61,285 nt of DNA, taken from NCBI GenBank assembly GCA_036149055.1, contig JAYZQJ010000254.1, forward strand, positions 1-61,285. The letters run 5' to 3'. This stretch comes from Myxococcota bacterium (GTDB lineage Bacteria; Myxococcota_A; Polyangia; Polyangiales; Sandaracinaceae). Made by a program: the position numbers and the translations under genes. Shown here piece by piece: positions 59,689-61,285 of the stretch (positions are counted from its first letter, which is position 1; each line of letters opens with the position of its first letter). The notes below the pieces were generated by a model. The model searched no databases, had not been told where the DNA came from, and saw nothing but the letters and a program-made list of their open reading frames with translations.

Positions 59689-60552
59689 ATGCCCTTGCCG
59701 ATGATCGCCGAGGGCGCGGCCGCGGTGGACGAAGCGCCCCAGGTCAGCGCCCGCTACCGCACCCACCGCCGCTTCGACCGGGCGGCGCGCCTCTTCACCG
59801 AGCCCGGTCTCCATCGCCTGATGTCGGCGCGCGTGCTCGTGGTCGGCGTCGGGGGCGTGGGCTCCTTCGCCGCCGAGTCGCTCGCGCGGTCCGCGGTCGG
59901 CGAGCTGGTCCTGATCGACTTCGACGACGTCTGCGTCACCAACGCCAACCGGCAGCTGCACGCGCTGCGCGGCAACATCGGCAAGTCGAAGGTCGAGGTG
60001 ATGGCCGAGCGGCTGCGCCTGGTGAACCCGAGCGCGACGGTCACCGCGGTGCCCCGGTTCTACGAGGCGAGCGCGAGCGAGACCCTGCTCGACGGTCAGG
60101 TCGACTTCGTGGTCGACGCGATCGACAACCTCACCGCCAAGGCGCACCTCGTGGCCACGTGCCTGCGGCGTGGCATCCCGCTCGTCTCGAGCATGGGCGC
60201 GGCGGCCCGCATGGACCCGACGCTCATCCGGGTGGCCGATCTCGCCGACACCCAGCGCGACCCGTTCGCGCGCGCGCTGCGCAAGATCCTCCGGCGCGAG
60301 CACGGGCTCGACGTGCAGCCCGGTCAGCCGGTCGGCGTGCCCGCGGTCTTCAGCACCGAGACCCCGCGCGAGCCGGCGCCCGTGTCCTACGACGAGGGCA
60401 AGGGCTTCGTCTGCGTGTGCCCGAACAAGGACAACGGCCTGCACACCTGCGAGAAGCGGGCGCGCATCGACGGCTCGGCCTCCTTCGTCACCGGCGCGTT
60501 CGGCCTCGCGGCCGCCAGCGTCGTCGTCCGGACGCTGACCGAAGAGGCGTGA
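59689..60552 (+). CDS. tcdA: tRNA threonylcarbamoyladenosine dehydratase (ThiF family)
   Basis: GVGGVGS, DFDDVCVTNANRQ, VDAIDN, SSMGAA..DPT, VFSTE, FVTGAFG. Confidence 0.9.
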   Translation: MPLPMIAEGAAAVDEAPQVSARYRTHRRFDRAARLFTEPGLHRLMSARVLVVGVGGVGSFAAESLARSAVGELVLIDFDDVCVTNANRQLHALRGNIGKSKVEVMAERLRLVNPSATVTAVPRFYEASASETLLDGQVDFVVDAIDNLTAKAHLVATCLRRGIPLVSSMGAAARMDPTLIRVADLADTQRDPFARALRKILRREHGLDVQPGQPVGVPAVFSTETPREPAPVSYDEGKGFVCVCPNKDNGLHTCEKRARIDGSASFVTGAFGLAAASVVVRTLTEEA

Positions 60553-60614
60553 TCCGCGGGGCGGATCGAACGCGCGACCTTTTTCCGTCCCGGAACACGT
60601 GCCACGCTTGGACC

Positions 60615-61181
60615 GTGGACGCGACGGTGAGAGCGGCTCACGGCGGAGACGCCGACGCGCTGGCGAGGGTGCACCTCGAGAGCTGGCGCTGGGCCTACAC
60701 CGGGCTGCTCCCCGACACGTATCTGTCGCGGCTGCGGGAGGACGAGCTGGCCGCGCGCTGGTGGCGGCGCCTCGCGGCCGGAGAGATGGACGAGTCGATC
60801 CGCGTGCTCGAGCACGGCGGTCGCGTCCGCGGCTTCGTCACCTTCGGCCCGCTCAAGGACGACCCGAGCTGGCTGGGCTACGCGGGCGAGGTCTACATGC
60901 TCTACCTCGCGCCGGAGCTCGTCGGGCAGGGCCACGGCGGCGAGCTGCTGAGCAGCGCGTTCGAGGAGCTGGCCCGGCACCGCTGTCACTGGAGCGTGGT
61001 CTGGGTGCTCGCGCGCAACGAGCGGGCGCGGCGGTTCTACGAGCGCGCCGGCATGCGCCTCGACGGCGCCCGCCGCTGGGATCCCTTCGGCGAGCGAGCG
61101 GTCCCCGTGGTGCGCTACGCGAAGGCGCTCAACCCGGTCTTCGACTGGGGCGCGGTCCGCACCCGCTCCCGCATCGGCTGA
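60615..61181 (+). CDS. GNAT acetyltransferase
   Basis: VHLESWRWAYTGLLP, LYLAP...GQGHG, WVLARNERARRFYE. Confidence 0.9.
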   Translation: MDATVRAAHGGDADALARVHLESWRWAYTGLLPDTYLSRLREDELAARWWRRLAAGEMDESIRVLEHGGRVRGFVTFGPLKDDPSWLGYAGEVYMLYLAPELVGQGHGGELLSSAFEELARHRCHWSVVWVLARNERARRFYERAGMRLDGARRWDPFGERAVPVVRYAKALNPVFDWGAVRTRSRIG

Positions 61182-61193
61182 GCTGGGCTTGTT

Positions 61194-61216
61194 GGAGGGT
61201 TTGGTGCAAACCCTCC
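61194..61216 (+). terminator. Perfect hairpin downstream of GNAT gene
   Basis: GGAGGGTTTG-GTG-CAAACCCTCC; no U-tract, so could be a REP element. Confidence 0.45.
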
Positions 61217-61285
61217 CCCCAATGGGCCAACCCCCCCAGGGGCCCCCCCCCCCCCACCCGCGGCGCCTCGCCCGGCGCGCCCGCG

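Noticed and set aside
61217..61285. Poly-C/G tracts at the window end as a G-quadruplex or regulatory element
   Set aside because: Homopolymer runs at the extreme end may be low-quality sequence; cannot be supported

Overview
Very GC-rich bacterial DNA with myxobacterial (Myxococcota/Sandaracinaceae-like) gene content: Ser/Thr kinases, an FHA-sigma54 activator, a Cys-rich repeat lipoprotein and hybrid two-component proteins. The taxonomy is inferred from gene content only. About 50 densely packed CDSs. Bases 1-44.4 kb are mostly housekeeping and signalling: TCS plus desaturase, GGDEF proteins, TetR-P450, a TeaABC-like TRAP transporter, lrp-gltBD, a cyclase/kinase/LysM-FecR cassette, amt, a carbamoyltransferase-amidase pair, add and tatD. 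The standout region is 44.5-58 kb, between tatD and tag, a nucleotide-centred cluster I do not recognise as a described system. It contains a PD-(D/E)xK nuclease fused to an archaeal/eukaryotic PriS-type primase, a BpsA-like aminopropyltransferase, an L7Ae fused to a degenerate MazG and a PaaK/F390-synthetase-like ligase. It also contains an Fe(II)/2OG enzyme with a halogenase-type H-x-G motif, a HAD phosphatase, an NDT-like/MazG fusion, a phage-type TGT/DpdA-like barrel, an MTA phosphorylase and two paralogous large membrane proteins. Smaller signals include three sigma54 promoters 14-15 nt before an ATG (one reveals an unannotated 36-aa ORF, one points antisense into the sigma54 activator), phased 21-bp repeats before the desaturase, a TetR operator, a probable CTG start for tatD and a circularly permuted DHH protein. 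No rRNA, tRNA, CRISPR array, integrase or transposase was seen. All family calls come from motif recognition by eye; no database search was run.
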